Shown here: one piece after another, positions 63,277-64,000 of the stretch
How positions within the stretch are numbered: the stretch's first letter is position 1
Layout: each line of letters begins with the position of its first letter
NCBI GenBank assembly: GCA_002104945.1
Contig: MCFH01000058.1
Coordinates: forward strand, 186,001-250,000
Direction of reading: 5' to 3'
Length of the DNA stretch: 64,000 nt
Source: Piromyces finnis finn
Taxonomy: Eukaryota > Fungi > Neocallimastigomycota
Position numbers and translations under genes: made by a program
Notes under the pieces: model-generated
Told to the model about the DNA's origin: nothing
The model's database searches: none
What the model saw: only the letters and a program-made list of their open reading frames with translations

Positions 63277-63851
63277 AAATAAACATATGATTAATCATTT
63301 AACACTTGATCTGTTAACCTATTTTATGTTAACTGTTACACCTAAATGGTTTAGTTCTATTTTTAGTAATAGTCATTATCATTAATTAAATTAATATAAT
63401 TAAAATTTCTATTGATAAATTTTTAATTTTTGTAAAGTCATAAGAAGTGTTTATGATCCATACTTGATATCATATTGATTCTAATTTACCTATTAAAATC
63501 TTTGAATGATCATAACTTCTTTAAATGACCAGTTAGAAGGACCGCGATTGTACCACAATATAGCTTTTTCCCTAAGCTTTCTAATAAACTTGGTTTCACA
63601 GCCGTAGTACTTACAGCCGCAGCGTTCGTTTTGGCGAATTATGCCTAGTTTCGTGTTTGTTTATTTTTAGCTAAGGATAGTGTATTGATATTAAATTTTT
63701 GAAATCATAACCCTTTCACTGAATCAAAATTTAAAAGGTGACTTTTAAAGGTGTTTTAAAATAATTATTGGAATCATTTAATTATAATTATTATGTTTAA
63801 TTAATTATAGATATTATCTGAATTTGTTTTAAATCCAGTTAATATCTTCAC
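63277..63851. repeat. Partial LTR family I (right part)
   Basis: Colinear with 44310-44899; ends CTTCACA. Confidence 0.75.
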
Positions 63852-63907
63852 ATATCACTTTCTATATTCATTTATAGAATTAATATAATATTCTACCTGA
63901 TCAATGA

Positions 63908-64000
63908 TGATATAATTTGATAATAATTTTAATTTTGAATTTTACTTCAAAAAGTGATTATTATATTATATCTTTTGTTATAACTATATAAGTTATATTG
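63908..64000. repeat. Start of an LTR family A copy
   Basis: TGATATAATTTGATAAT... as at 8358; runs off the window end. Confidence 0.75.

Overview
Extremely AT-rich eukaryotic window; base composition, short AT-rich GT-AG introns and an intronless bacterial-type hydrolase suggest an anaerobic gut fungus (Neocallimastigomycota; inference). Most of it is a retrotransposon nest. It holds two tandem APE-RT LINEs (1-4844), three tRNA genes (two identical Cys-GCA in mirror orientation, one Trp-CCA), about 20 solo or partial LTRs, three Ty3/gypsy chromoviruses (called F, G, E here), a Gag-protease-only non-autonomous LTR element (D), two copies of a non-coding TRIM-like element (B) and a probable tRNA-derived SINE with a LINE-like tail. 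Host-type genes are an alpha/beta hydrolase and a disrupted tRNA nucleotidyltransferase paralog. Main signal: peeling off insertions by their target-site duplications (TSDs) shows that at least four elements (up to about eight) inserted one after another 11-16 nt upstream of the same tRNA-Trp, building a stack of more than 26 kb. The same offset recurs at both tRNA-Cys genes and at the SINE head, which points to Pol III-targeted LTR retrotransposition. All three chromoviruses have exact 11-nt self-priming PBSs (Tf1-like), and G and D carry canonical -1 frameshift signals. Family letters A-M are my own labels. All alignments were made by eye.
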